This document shows, piece by piece, positions 8,830-22,863 of a stretch of 64,000 nt of DNA. Positions within the stretch are counted from its first letter, which is position 1; each line of letters opens with the position of its first letter. Under the pieces are notes generated by a model. It did not search any database and was not told where the DNA came from. It saw only the letters and a program-made list of their open reading frames with translations. Source of the DNA: Monocercomonoides exilis PA203 (lineage: Eukaryota; Protista; Preaxostyla); the NCBI GenBank assembly GCA_001643675.2, contig LSRY02000004.1:1860001-1924000 (forward strand). The letters are read 5' to 3'. The translations under genes and the position numbers were made by a program.

Positions 8830-11800
8830 TTAATCTGCGATTTCTCCTTCCTCAAGTTCATCAATATCGCCGCTAGCAGGGCGAGCATTGTTGCCTGCCC
8901 TCTGTGAAGAGGCCGATGAACTGCTTGAGGTGGAGGGAGCCTTCTGAACAGCTGACGCAGTTGAACGAGTTGAAGAAGAGGAAGAAGAGGAAGAAGACGA
9001 AGAAGAAATAGAAGAAGAAGAAGAAGAAGAAGGCGAAAGGGCATTCGATGAAGACGATGCGCCAGAAAACGTGGAGCGGCTGGGGAAGTTCTCTCCTTCA
9101 TCGCCGCTGTCGCTGTCGCTCGCTGCCATCATCCTCTTCTTCCCAAACAGCTGATCAAACACCTCCTCATCTATAGGCAGATATTCACCTTCTGTTCCAG
9201 CATTTCCTTTTCTCTCTCTTTCTCTCTCTTTCTCTTTCACCAATGAGCTGCTGATGCCTTCTATTGCTTCTTTTGCAGGCCTTCCCTTGTTGTGGTACTT
9301 GCTGTAGGATTCATCTGCACGGCGTGGTTCATTGCGCCTTCTGCTTCGATGAGAAGATGGAGAATGAGAGAGAGAGCGAGAGAGAGAACGAGAGAGAGAA
9401 TGGGAATGGGAACGAGAATGAGAATGTGCACGAGAACGATAAGCACCGCTTCTCCTTCTCTTTCTGGCTGGATGTTCTTCATCACTCGACAGGCTGCTCT
9501 TGTCACTTGAGTCATAGCTGCTGTCACTTCTGCTGCTGCTTCTGCTTCTGCTTCTTCTCCTTCTCCCTCTTCTTTCTTTACCTTTTTCTTTCTCTCCTCT
9601 TCTCCTCCTTCTGCTTCTATCACTCCGTTCACTCTCATCAGAAGAGCTTTCGTCTGAGCTTCGACTCAGACTAAGGCTAATGTAGCTTTCTTCATCGCTT
9701 GTTGGGCTGCTGTCTGTAGATCTCTTCTTGCTTTTTGCACTTTTCTCCTTTTTATACTCGTCTTCTTTCTCTTCTTCGCTTCCTGTTGATGCTTTGCTCT
9801 TGTTAGCTCTTTCTTTTGCTTTCTCTTTTGGTTGTAATTTTGCCTTTGAATCTTCTTGATCTTCATCTGCATTGATATCATCTTCATCTCCTGCATTTCC
9901 ACTTCCTTTAACCTCTTTCTCTTTTTCTTTTTCTTTCTCTGCTTGTTTATCTCCATCTTCGTTCATTTTCACTGCTTTCTTCGATTCCTTTGCTTTTGTT
10001 TTCTCCTTCTCCTTCTCCTTCTCCTTCTCTCTATCCATCTCCCCTTCCAACTCCTTCATTTTCTCCAAGTCAATTTCCTCTCTCCCAAAGCTCCTGCTTG
10101 GCGATCTACTTCTTCTAAACCTAACAGATGCTCTGCCTCTTTCCCCTTTGGCACCAGAAACATCGCTCAAAACAGATTTTTTCGGTTTTTTCCCAATCTC
10201 ATCCAGGAGCAGCCGGTCCAAATGGAATGAGTCCAGAGAGCTGTTGCTGTCTGAAGATGAGTTTGAATCTGAATCTGAGTCTGAGTCTGAGTCTGAATGA
10301 GAAGCACTCTCTTCTTCTGAACTGCCTCTGCTTTTGCTTCGACTTCGGCTTCTGCTGTCACTTCTGTCCGATTCGTCGCTTTTGTTCTTCTTTGCAGTGC
10401 TGCCTGTGCGACGTGATTTGCCTTCTTTCTTCTTGAACTTTGATGCTTTAGCACCTTTTTCTCTTTTCTCTTCTTTTCCTCCTTTCTCTCCTTTACTCCT
10501 TTGTGAGTGCAACTTCGCCGTCTTCTCTCTCTCCATCTGCAGCTGCATCTGCATCTGCTCCTCTGCCTGCCTCTCACTCAGCTTCTGAATGTATTCTGCA
10601 TCCTCTTCGACAATCGCTGCACTGATGGCAGCATCAATCAGCCGGAGAACTGCTACTTTGAGTGCAGGCGACGCAGAAAAGAGAGGAATGGCATTTGGAG
10701 AGGAAGGAGATAACAAATTGGATGCAGCCGGATTCAGCACCGATGAGCCTACAAATCCGTCGAGTGAAAGAGGAGAGGCTGGAAAAGCCAAACACAAGTC
10801 AGCAATGCCCAGCTCCTTCAGCGATGCTCGCACTTCTTTCTCTTTCGTCCACTCTGAATAGAACAGAATGCGAATGAAGTCGAACTCGTCAGTCCCGCTG
10901 AGCTCGTCCACCACGTCGTCCACAGACACCACTGCTGCTGCATTCAGCTCTTGTTCTCTGTCGAACGCCCTCTCTCTTTCCTTCTCTGTCTCCACCAGCT
11001 CATCCAAAGAGGGTGAGTTCAGACTGTGCCGGGTGGATATACCGTTTTTGCCATCATCATCATCTTCTTCTTCTTCATCAACTTTGTTATCATTTTCATC
11101 TTTGTCTTTTCCTTTGCCTTTGTTACTGTCATCTTCACTGCTGTCATCTTTCTCATCATCTTCCTCTTTTCCTCTTTCGGAAGAATCATTTCTTCTTCCA
11201 CTTTTCGATTTTTCACTTTTATTCTTGTTTTTCTGTGTCTTTTTGCTTCCCTTCTTCTCATCCTCTTCTTCCTCTTCTTCTTCCATTTCTTTCTCTTCTT
11301 TTGCCTTCTTCCTCTGCCTCTCCTTCTCCTTCTCCTTCAAAGTGCGTATCTCTCTAATCGTTTTTGACAGAATTGACTTAGCTTTTTTCGCCATCTGCTC
11401 TTTTGCAGCTGACTGATTGAGCCAGCTCTCAAGAATAACCTGAACAAACGTCGTCAAAAACACATCAGATGCAACCAAACATTTGCGTGTGGTTGTTTTG
11501 TCTGTGCTTTTTTCATTCTCAGCTTCGTCATTCTCCATGTGATTGTTGTCTTTCTTCTCTTCTTTTTCTTCTTTTTCTTTTTCTTCCACAACATCCATTT
11601 TCCCTTCATTTTGATCAGCTTTTTCGTCTTCTTTTGCCTTTTGCGTTTTATCATTCGCATCGATCTCTTTCTCATCCATTTCACTTCTCTTCTCTTCCTT
11701 CTCTTCCTCCTTCCCTTTATCTTCCTCCATCTTCCCCTTCGTTCCTTCGCGTTCATCGCATTCTTCATTCTCATCTTCATTTTTAGCTTTCTTTCCACAT

Positions 11801-13772
11801 CCCATTTGACATCTAAGAGAATCACTCAATTTGACATCCATCTCTTCAAATGCTCCTAATTCATCGATCTGACGCAGAAGCTGAAGAAATGCTGGTGATG
11901 TCACTTTGATGTGTGTGTTGAGAACGGAATGGCATTTCAGACTGAACGAAGAGGGGAGCAGCGAAATGCAACAGCGAGAGAGTGATGAAGGAGAAGGATG
12001 AGAAGAAGAGGAAGAAATTGAAGAAGAAGATGATGATGATAAAGTTGAAGTCATATTATCATTTGAATCCAAAGATGCATTTGATGAAGAAGAAGATGGC
12101 ATAACCAAGCAGCTGTCCAGCAAAGCAGGTGATTTCATTGCATTTGGAGTGATCAGTCTGTGGAGAACATCACTCAACACAAGTCTATTTTGTTCCTTTG
12201 TCATCTCTTCCTCTTCTTCTTCTTCTTTCCCTTGTTCAAATGCTCCTTCCTCTTCCTTCTGCCCTTCCTCGTTCTCCTCTTTTGCTTCTTTCTTATTGTT
12301 TTCTTCTCCTTCTTCTTCTTCCTTTTCTTCTTTCTCCCCTTCCTCCTTTTTTTCTTCTTCTCCCTTTCCTTTCTCTCCATTTTCTCCTTCTCCTTTCTCC
12401 TTCTCTTTCTCTTTCTCTTTCTCCTCTTTCTCCTTCTTCTCCTTCTCCCTCTCTAACTCCACCTCCTTCAGCAATGCCGGAATCATCCACATCCACCCCC
12501 TCCTCTCAGCCAGTGCTAAAACTGCCTGTGAATACCTCCTCAGCTCATTCTCCATCTCTTTCATCGCCTCTTTGAACCATTCATACCCCATCACATTGTG
12601 CCCGAAGTGGGAGTCAACAAGAGCAGTGTAGGCAGAATGGTTGAAGAGAGGGTGACGGTTGGAGAAGGAAGAGGAGGAGGAAGAAGAGGAGGAGGAAGAA
12701 GAAGAAGAAGAAGATGATGATGATGATGAAGTGGAAGAGGAAGAAGACGAAGTGTTCGAAGTTGAATCTGTTTCATTGGAAGAAGTCGAAGCATTTGAAG
12801 AAGAAGAAGAAGAAGAAGAGCTCTTTTCTTCTTTTGCAGTGTCATCTTCAGCTTTGTTCAAAGAATCACTCTGATCTCCCCATGACTTCTCAGCTGCCTC
12901 TTTCTTTTTGTTATCATTTTTCTCTTCTCCTTCTCTCCCTTTTTCTCCTTCCCCTTCTCCTTCCTTCCCTCTTTCCCTGTTGCTCTCCTCAGGTGTTATT
13001 CGGATCCTCTCCAATTCCTGGTATGTCTGCCCCAGCTGAATCTCCCCTTCCACAAAGAGCTCCCTCACTGCTGCCACAAACGCCTTCTTCATTTCCTTCT
13101 CTTTCTTCACCCGCTCTTCGTGCTGCTTCGCTTTCCGCTCTTTTTCTGCCTCCATCAGCTGCCTCTGCACATCGCTGAACACACTCTTCCTTAAATGCAG
13201 GGGTACTTTGTTCCACAGCTGGTCATTCACATACAGATCATGGGCCTGTTGGAAGAGAGAGAGAGATAAAGAGAAAGAAAGATAGATAGAATGAGAGATG
13301 ATGTGAAAGATAAAATGGAAGAGAGAAAGAGAAGAAGAAGAAATAGAAATCACAGAAATTGTAATCGATAACATTGATAAATAAATAAATAACAATAAAT
13401 AAATAATCAAAATAATCCAACCATTTTGAACGACATTCTGAGAGCTATCCTGTCGTCCTTCAGCAGAATCTGCTGGAGCTCTGCCGCGTTTGCCGCATCG
13501 ATCCTTCTCTTCTCCTCTTTCTCCTTCTCTTCAGTTATTCTTCTCCACTCCCTCACCAGCTGCTCCCGCGCCTCCTCGTCGCTCCCAAACACCTTCCAGC
13601 GGGAGTCAGAGAGGCATTTTGCTTTGATCTGTGAGTAGCGTGACTGAGAATTCAGCTCAGGGAAACTCGACAGCATCTCCACAAACAGACGCTTCTGCTC
13701 GTTGTGCTTGGCTTCTTGGATCTCTTTGGATTTCTGAGGAGAGGAAAGGAGAGGAGAAGAGAAGAGAAGATA

Positions 13773-13830
<58 letters not shown>

Positions 13831-15606
13831 GAGATGGATGGATTGAGATAGAGGCAAAGAGATGGTTAAGATGTGATATGATGCATTGTTATTGTTCATT
13901 ATGACGATGGTGATGGTGGTGATGATGATGATGCAATTGATTTGTGAAAATGGTATCGAAATTCATAAACACAAATACATTTATCCATATTCACAATTCA
14001 GAGGAGCATGCAACAAAGGGGGAAAAAAGAAAAAAAAAAAAATCCAAAAAAAAAAAATATATATTTTTTCTTTTTATTTCTATTAATAATATAATTAATA
14101 ACATTCAGCATTATTATTTCGCATATCCCTCATCTCATCCTCCCTCCTCATACCAAAGCCCACTCAGCCATGAACTCCTTGAACACATCCTTTTTCTCCT
14201 GCAGCGTCTTCAGCAGCTTCCACTGCGGTGTCTTTGCTGCCTTCGCAATGGACGACTCAAAAGTGGCTGTTTGTGGGTTCAATTGGAGTGACTCGAGCAT
14301 CTCTTTGAACTCTGCCACTCGTTCAGCCAGCGGGCGGGCAAAGACGGCAGAGACAGCAGAGACTGTGGAAGAAGGATTAGAAGATGTTGCAAGGGAAGAA
14401 GAAGAGGAGGAGGAAGAAGAAGAAGAAATGGAATTTGACATATCACCAGATGGCATGACAGATGAGCTCCGCTTCATCCCGCGCGGCCTTTCGAACGACG
14501 GGATGGAAGCAAAAGAGGAAGAGGAAGAAGGAGAAGGCGAGACGGAAGGTGAAACAGGGGGAGAGTTGGAGGATTCGCCAGTGTTTGATCGAGATGAAGT
14601 GCTTTGTGAAGTGAAATTTTGAGATTTCTGTTCTGTTTCTGAATGAAGTGAAGTCCGTTGGGTTTGCAACGCTTCTGGTAATTGAGATTGCGAAGAAAAA
14701 GGAAAAGACGCTGATGAAGTGATTGAAGAGGATTGTGTTGTGGCTGGCTGTGTATGCATTGATAATTGAAGCGTAGAGTTATCAGAAGATGAGGATGCAG
14801 ATTTAATGGCCATCGTTGCTTCATCAATGCTTGAAGCAATCGCTTCACTTCCATTTTCATCTTCATCGTCAAAAAGAGAAGTTGCCATTCGATCTATCGT
14901 AACTGTTGGAAGAGCAACAGTTGACTGCGATTTTTGTGAATCATTTTTTTCTGAAGCTGATGATTGTTTTTGTATTGCAGACAAATATATCGTCTTAACA
15001 TCTTCTGGAAGCTCCCACGTGGTTGTATTCGTTCTGGTATTCAAATAATATGTCTTGCCCTCGGGTGTCTTTAATTCTTTCCATGTTTTCTTTGAAAAAA
15101 AGGATCATTAAAAATGAAAATGTTGATGTCGAAAAACATTATGCATATGTATATATAATAAAAAAGATACGATGACTTCCTGCTCTTCATGTGCAATTAT
15201 TTCAGCTGGTTTATCCCACGTTGTTTGATTTGATGTTCTGTTGAAATAATATGGCCTTCCGTTTGAATAATATATGTCCCAATTTCCTATGGATTGTGAA
15301 GTTTGAATTGGAGTAGTTGCAGCAAGTTGTTGAGCCCAAATAGCTTGCTGAGATGGATCAGCAATCTTTGACAAATAATATTTCGTTTTACGCGGTATAT
15401 GTTATGAAAAATAGATCAAATTTTTATTCAAACACAAAAATGCGTACAAGTAATTATTACAGTAGGAAAATATATTTGCAATAAAAATTTTCAGCAACAG
15501 AGAAAAGCATGCAAAATATAATTAAATAATTGCACACCGCTGGGATTGAAGCAATACCAGCTCCAAGGACCGCATGTTGAGAAGGCAAAAATGAAGTTCC
15601 AATCAT
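8830..15606 (-). CDS. PRP40: PRP40-like WW/FF-domain pre-mRNA splicing factor with a long charged, RS-rich tail (about 1975 aa). Exons 15538-15606 (tentative), 15171-15365, 14154-15089, 13422-13733, 8830-13245
   Basis: Two WW domains (WDIYYSNGRPYYFNRTSNQTTWDKP; WKELKTPEGKTYYLNTRTNTTTWELP) and FF repeats (FKEMLE..WKLL..KDVFKEF; FVEMLSSFPELNSQSRY..DSRWKVF). Four GT-AG phase-0 introns (15366-15537, 15090-15170, 13734-14153, 13246-13421) join the ORF pieces in frame. Confidence 0.82.
13776..13827. repeat. (GA)n microsatellite inside a PRP40 intron
   Basis: About 26 perfect GA units, read directly. Confidence 0.95.
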
Positions 15607-15869
15607 CACTGTTGGCAATTTTCCGATTTCAAACCAAAGTTATAAGAAAAGAGACAACAAATGACAAGATCGAATACAACCATTTTATTATTATAATGCG
15701 CCATATTTCATTTCATGAAATGGTTGAGCTCGGTTTTATTATCCAATGGAGCGCTTAACAAATTTTTCAACAGATGAAAACATAACAGTTTGAATTTATA
15801 CTGCAACTACTTCATTTTTATTAATGTAATTGTTTGGTATTATGTTTTTTAATAACTTTTGGAAAGAAT

Positions 15870-18054
15870 ATGTTATTCTCTTCAATTGAAGATGATAAAA
15901 ATGAACTTGCAATCTCTCATGTTTCCATTGCTACTGAAGAAAATATTAAAGAAATAAAAACTTATATTCCTCGAGATAAATCTTATAAAGACAGCCAATC
16001 AAGCAATCCTTTTCATGAACGTTGTCTAAACACAGATTTATTATGGATGACAACAAATGATTCGAAAGTAAAAAGCTCTGTAAATTTAAAGGTATTTTTC
16101 ATGGATATATTTATTTTTTGTGTTTATCAATTTTTCTGTGCAAATCTTGAAGAAATTTTCTTCGTATAATTCATCAAATTTTTCAGAGTTATCTGAAACA
16201 ACTATATCACATCAATCATCATCAAGTGCTCCGACTGTATGCAATATGTTAAAAATGAATAGAATGAAAGGTTGTTTACGTGAACTTCTGATGAAAGAGC
16301 CTGACCATGTTGGACGTATTTTTGAAGAGGAGAATTTGGATCGTAGTTTTTCGAAACCAATAAGTGACATCGCTTGCTCTCTTAATAACTTTCACATGGT
16401 GCTATCTTTGCAATCATCAATTTCAATTTCTCATGATGATATGGAGATAATCTATCTTCATCCTCGGTTTCGGTTTTTTGAAGATATTGGAGGTGAATGT
16501 GACAAAATATCAAAGGATCAACAAAAAATCACTCATAATATTTCGAAAGCAGGCTGTGTGCAGTGTGGCTTGTGTCCAGACAGCGATCTTACTGATGATA
16601 AAGCAATGGCTGAAATGATTTCTAAGTGGTATCCACTTCAACATTCAATTGATGCAATGTGTCAAGATGTGCAGCTTGAGAAAAATGGCAGCATATTTTC
16701 GAGAGTGGCCGATGTGCAAAAAAGTGTGATGCTAAAGCAGTGGCAGGCTGACGATTCGAAGCTCAATTTGGAAGAAGCAGAAGGAGCTGTGGGTGCTAAT
16801 AAACTGTGTAAAAAGAGATTGGCTCTCATTGAATCTCAAATCCGCGATGCAAAGCGATTCAAAAAGATGTTTGGAGAGTGGGTGACAAAACCTTGGATGA
16901 CAAATGAAGAAGAAATAGATATTTGGAATGCTGCAGGGATTGATGCTGATATACTTGAAATTGAGAATTTTGGAGTCTCTGATAAAGCATCTGAAACTCA
17001 AGTTACACTTGAAGAGCTGAAGGCTTATCTAAGGATAGCAGAAGATGAAGGGTCAAGTGCAGATGTTATTTTCAACATTAAGGCTCTTATTGAACGTGAG
17101 AAAATGAGATTAGAGAAAAAATCTCGACTGGAAGCAATGAGCAATCTTGAGAGATACTTTCTTTTCGATAAAGAGAAAGATGATGAAAAAAGAAAGTTAG
17201 ACAGAAATTCATTCGCAGTCTCTTCGAAAAGAATTATCAAAAGTGATCTTGCTGATGAGCAATACAACAAATCTGAGTTTTTGGTGGAAACAACTTTGAG
17301 AAAGGATGATATTTCTACAGGATCAGATTTTTTGATGCAACCTCGCAAACAGCCATTAGCAAAAGCTGAATGTAACCAGAGCATTCAAACTGTTGTTCAT
17401 GACTGTGAGAAGAATTATCCGTTTTCAGACGATGTGTCCACTGAAATGTTATTTTTTGAAGCTGCTTTATTTAAAGATGAAAAAACAACAAAATATCAAT
17501 CACAAATGATGATTCCACAAAATATGATTCAAACGGCAATACAGGCAGATCCAATATTTGATTCAAAGAAACTTGGTCAGTCTGACAGCAAATGTGAATT
17601 TTTTAATAATATTTCAGATTTTTCTTTTTGTGCAAATTATGCAAGCACTCAATCTCATTGCAAACTTTTATTCGGATGCTCAGAGAAGCAAAGCTTAGAA
17701 AATTGTAATTTTTGCGATTTCTCAAATGATGATGATGATGATTCCAAATCGGTTCTTGCATTGTGTCAATCAAAAATTTGCCCTCCATCTGCTTATTTTT
17801 CGTCATACGTTCATTTTTTGGAGACTGTTGCTGATGAAGATGAAATTCTTCCTCGTTTTCGAGATCGATTTTTCAGCAACAGCAGAAATAACTCGAAAGT
17901 TTTTCAGATGCGCAAGATTTTGAATGAAATATGCATTTCTTCTGTCATCGTTACTCCTCTGAATCTTGTTGTCCCTAAAAGAAATTTTCTTTCGTATCGC
18001 AGACATGCGAAACTGAAAACGAAAGTTTATTTGACTTCATTACGAAATTTATAA
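15870..18054 (+). CDS. Hypothetical protein (about 707 aa) with a coiled-coil middle region; one intron at 16092-16152
   Basis: ATG at 15870. GT at 16092 and AG at 16151-16152 join the 15834 and 16120 ORFs in frame. Long open frame, no recognised domain. Confidence 0.65.
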
Positions 18055-18558
18055 ATTTCAAAGTAAAATGTTCGTTAAAGCAGAAATAAAAACGTTGTTA
18101 AATTGTTGCAGAAAATGGAGTGTTTTATAATTATTTCGTTGTGAATTGTTTATTATTCCTTTATGTATTTGTATGTAATTAGATATTTATTGAATCGATA
18201 TTTTAAAAAAAATATTAGAAACTGAAGAGACATTATTTAATTTGTCTGGTTGGATAGGCTAAATTTTTAACATGATATCATTAACTCATCTTGAAAGAAT
18301 TTTAAAAATTGATAGTTGTTGCTAAATAATTTCTCCTTTTATATCATTCACTCTTATCACAAAAAAAACTGAAAGAAATAATCAAATATGAAAACAATGG
18401 AAATTATCAAATAAAAAAATTAAATATGAATATCAAAATCTGATGTGAATTATTGAGTTAATTGAAACAAGAATATTTATTACATAAAGTGAATGTTTTT
18501 CTTTTGGATTGTACCCAATTTTTATTTTTTCAAATTTTTATTTTTCTAAAAGCCCTTG

Positions 18559-21500
18559 ATGGTCGCTTTTGTTAATGATTACATAAAGGCTCCACTTCGC
18601 GGAATGTGGGAGTTTTTCACTCAGCCAAAGGTCTCTCCAAAGGGAGCAATTGCAATGATTGGAAAGACTCATACAAATAAAGAATCATTCTTTAAAGATG
18701 TTTGCTCAAGGCCGTTTATAACGTATAGACGAAATTTTTTAAAAACATCTAAAGGTTTTACGACAGACGCGGGATTTGGGTGTTTGCGCTTATTTTTCAA
18801 AATATTTTTCTCAGTTATTTATTTTTTTCGTTTTATTTATTGAATTATTGTTTATTGAAGGTATGATACGAACTGGATCTATGCTCGTTGCAGAAGCCAT
18901 ACAACGCATATTTTTTGGAAGAGGTTATTGCATGGACCCAACATATTCATTGTTTTGCCCAAGATCTGTTTGGATCGCATCATTGTTTGCGGATGAAGTG
19001 AAGCCAAATACAAGACATTTACATCCTTTTTCCGTTCAACATTTAATGGAATTTGGAGAAGCTCACGCAAAGAAAGAAGGAGAATGGTTTGCACCTGGCA
19101 CAATTGCGTTTGCGTATCGAGATATAATCAGTGAATATTGCGAGGAGCAACTTCGAATGAATGTTTATGTTTGCAGCTCAGGATTAAATACAGTATTTAT
19201 GGTTTGAAATTGTTCATTGCGTGCACTTTTAATTTGTTCGAATATTCTTTAATTTTTTCTAATTTATTCAGCCTGATGTAATTAACTTGCTGAAGTCACC
19301 TTTACAAATTCCAAAGCCCTTGCCACACACCTGTGAAATTGTGCCTTATTGTCCTGAATGCTATATACAAGACTGTCCATGCAGAGCGGCAATTACAGTT
19401 AATGAAGGTGAAGTGCTTAAGAGGCAGAAGCAAAAGACTAACAGCAGATTGGAAGATGAAGAACAAAAGTCAGATGGGACAATGTTTGCGATGATTCCAC
19501 TTGAGCCGAAGGAGAGAAAGGGTTTTTGCAATGCAAGCAATTCAGCCAGTGATAAGAGCATTCAGGATATTTCTCCTAATTCCATTCACACTCCGGCAGA
19601 TTCATCGTCAAATGCGCAGACAATCCAATCTGAAAAAGAATGTTTTTTGAAAGAGCAGCAAGGAAATTCTCCAGTTGCTGCTTGTCCCACTGATGCGCTG
19701 CTGTTGCAAGGCGAGCACTCGTCACTCACAGGAAGCGGTCTTCAGGAGAGGCAGAATGAAGCACTCTGCCAAATGCAGTGCTCAGATGAGTCGAGTGAAA
19801 TCTTTGGGACATTTGAGTTTTCTTCTTTGGACATCCCGCCAATCACACAAAGCCCACCAGAAAAGATAGCCAGCTCAATTTCATCTCCAATTTCTGCTAT
19901 TCTGGTACCCCCTCAGCATGTTACTTTGCCATCATCATTGTCTCCTTCTCATTCTTCTTCTTCATCCCAATCTCCATCCCAATCCTCATCTTCATCTGCT
20001 GCTGATTCTGTCCCGCATGCTTCTCAGCACCGCTCTCATTCAAAGACTCACCGGGTGTCTTCATATTCTTCATTGGCACCAGCACATTCACCATTCAGCG
20101 GGGCTTGCACATCGATCCTGCTTCCCATCAACTCCACACACCAAACATACCCTGGTGAAACTGGCTCTTCGCATTCCTTGTCTCCGTTTCCTGCTGCTCT
20201 TCCACCAGAATCTTCACATGCTTCTGCGTCTCTTCCCACATTTACACCTTCCCCACATCTCCACGCAGACACTCCCACCTCACTCTCTTCTGCTGGCTCA
20301 AATGAACCTTCTGGCTCTCTTTCATCTGATGTATCTCCATCTCTCTCTTCCTCAACACCCACACATACACCCACGCATACACCTACACATACCCCTTCAT
20401 TCCGTTCTGTCTCTCCTCGCAATTCAACTTCTGCTGCTCTCAAGCGCCCTCACTCAATTTCTAGTTATTCAGCTCAAAGCAACCACCATCTGCTTATTCT
20501 CCTTCCCACACGGTTGGGTCTCACCCACATTCCCAAGCATTACTATCGGGTGATTCTGAACCTGTTCCAGCTTCCCTTCTTCTGCGGCATTGCCGGCGGG
20601 CACCCGAACTCTGCACACTGGTTCTTTGCGTCTGAAGGGGAGCTGCTGTACTATTTGGATCCACACATCACAAGAGAGGCAGAGGATGTGGAGATGCTGA
20701 AGGAGAGCATTGCAAGTGAGGTGCAGGCGAGTCACATGGAGAAGAAGATGAAGAAGAGCAGGATAAAAGAAGCAGAAGAGGTGGGAAGGAAAGGAAATGA
20801 GGGAGAAGCTCAAATAAGTGAAAACAAAGGCATTGTCAAAAGTGATGAATCAGATGAGGATGAAAGTGAGTCAGGAGAAGAGCATTGCTTCGTCAGAGTC
20901 ACAGACCTCGACACGATCAAGAAGAAAGAAGCCGGAAAGACCGCAAACAAGAAGAACTTGCAGCAGCAGAAGAAGCTTTCTTCGCCTTCAAGTTCATCCC
21001 ATTCCTCCCCTTCGATGGGGAATAAAACGGCGAGTGGATCTGCAACTGCTGCTGTGTCTTTGTCTGAGCGTGAGACGAACAAGAACGAGAAACAGTCTCC
21101 TCAGTTTTCTCTGTCTATTTCATCAGATCTGTCGTTGCCTACAAACAGCAATCAAACTGCTTCATCGCAACAGGCTGTTCAGACAACTTCAACAGTTCCA
21201 GAAACTTCAACGCCTTCTTCTTCACCTTCACCTTCACCTTCACCTTCACCTTCACCTTCTTCTTCTTCTTCTTCTTCTTCTTCGATACCTCAATCTTTCA
21301 TTCACACCTCTCCTTCGTTTGCTGGTGTATCTTCTCTTGCTTCTTCGCCGATGCAAGTCCCTTCTGCAAATAACAATAACTCTGTGTTTTCAAATACAAC
21401 CTCAAAAACTCAAGCACAATCAAAAAGTCCTTCTTCGATAACTCTTGACAATGAAATATCTCAACCTCACTCGACTGCTCCTTCTTCTCCTTCTCCTTCT

Positions 21501-22718
21501 TTCGCAACGCAGAATGCGAAAGTGTTATCTCCTCAAAGTTTTGTAAGTACTTCTTCCGCTGCTGCTGCTGATAATGATGCATTGAACAATCCAACTGAAC
21601 AGCCCCCTCAATCATTACCAGCTTCCCCATCATCTTCATCATCTCCTTCTGTATCTTCTTGCAATTCACCACCTCCTCCTCATTCTCCTCCCCCTCCCCC
21701 AACATCTTCCACATCTCCTTCTGCATTTTCAGTGTCAGCGCCTCAGACACAGCCGCCAATCATAACGCCAATAACAACACAGCCTGGCGACTCTCTCTCG
21801 TCAGATGAGCTCAGCGCCTCGTCCTTCTGCAACATCACGTCTCCTCTCGAGAACAGCCCATTGGCCAGCACTTCGTGTTGCTCTACTCCAAAGCCCAATC
21901 CTTTCTCTCTTGTCTCTGCGCGCATGATGGACTCAGCCACTCCCTCTGCGCTGGCGTCGCAGATGCCTCATTCTTCCTCCTCGCTCTCGTTCCACCCGGG
22001 CAAGCGAAGCGACATCCACGCCATGCACATCTCTTCGCTCGACCCGTCGATGTGCTTGGGCTTTTTGGTGGGGTCGGTGGAGGAGCTGGGGGAGCTGAGG
22101 AAGCTGGTGGAGGATATGTTTGCTATGAATGTGGAGATTATTGCAGCGGAAAGGAAAAAGAAGGAGGACAAGAAAAGAGGAAAGCAAAACAAAGAAAAAG
22201 GGAAGGAGAATAAAAGCAAGATGGAGAAGGAAGAGAAGGAGAAGGAGAAGGAGAAAGAGAAAGAGAAAGAGAAAGGCAAAAACACAAATAAAACTACTGA
22301 AAACAAAACAACACCGAAAGAAGAATTGAAGACAGAAGAAGAAAAGGAGAATGACAAGTTTCGAATGGAAGAGATTCGAAAGGCAGTTCGAGAGGAAGTG
22401 ACTCCGTTTCTCTTTTTTGAGGATGTTTCACAGGCAGAAATGGACAAGACGCGAGAAATGGAAACAACACGGAAGACAGCTGTTATTAAGCACTATGAGA
22501 AGCTGGAGGCGCTGGAGAGGGAGGAAAAAAGAGAGGAAAGTAATTCTAACGAAGAAGGCAAAGCGGAGAAGGAGAGCAGAGCGGTTGCGAATAGTGGTTT
22601 TGCTGTGGAGCAGGGGAGCGCAGAAAAAAAGAAGGGAAAGGTTGCAAGTCATATTGCTCCTGGTCAAGGAAATTTTTCGGATGAGGATGACGATAGCTTT
22701 GCTATTATTGAATTGTAA
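18559..22718 (+). CDS. ATG4: Autophagy cysteine protease ATG4 (peptidase C54), about 1336 aa with large low-complexity insertions; introns 18782-18860 and 19202-19271
   Basis: Motifs FITYRRNF, FTTDAGFGC-MIRTGSMLVAEA, GEWFAP, LILLPTRLG, GIAGGHPNSAHWF, YYLDPH, LDPSMCLGF, and an acidic C-terminal DDSFAIIEL (LIR-like). Both introns are GT-AG and restore the frame. Confidence 0.92.
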
Positions 22719-22828
22719 ATCTTCTTTTGTGGGTCTTTTTTTTTTTTTTCTATTCATTTTTTAGAATGTTTTCTGTTATTAGAATAACTTTTCATTTTTG
22801 GATAGTCTATGTAAGTTTTGAGATTTTG

Positions 22829-22830
22829 TG

Positions 22831-22863
<33 letters not shown>
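22829..22863. repeat. (TTA)n microsatellite
   Basis: Tandem TTA run downstream of ATG4. Confidence 0.85.

Noticed and set aside
13246-13410. Hydrophobic N-terminus of the 1526-aa ORF as a signal or TM segment
   Set aside because: It is translated intron sequence of the PRP40-like gene
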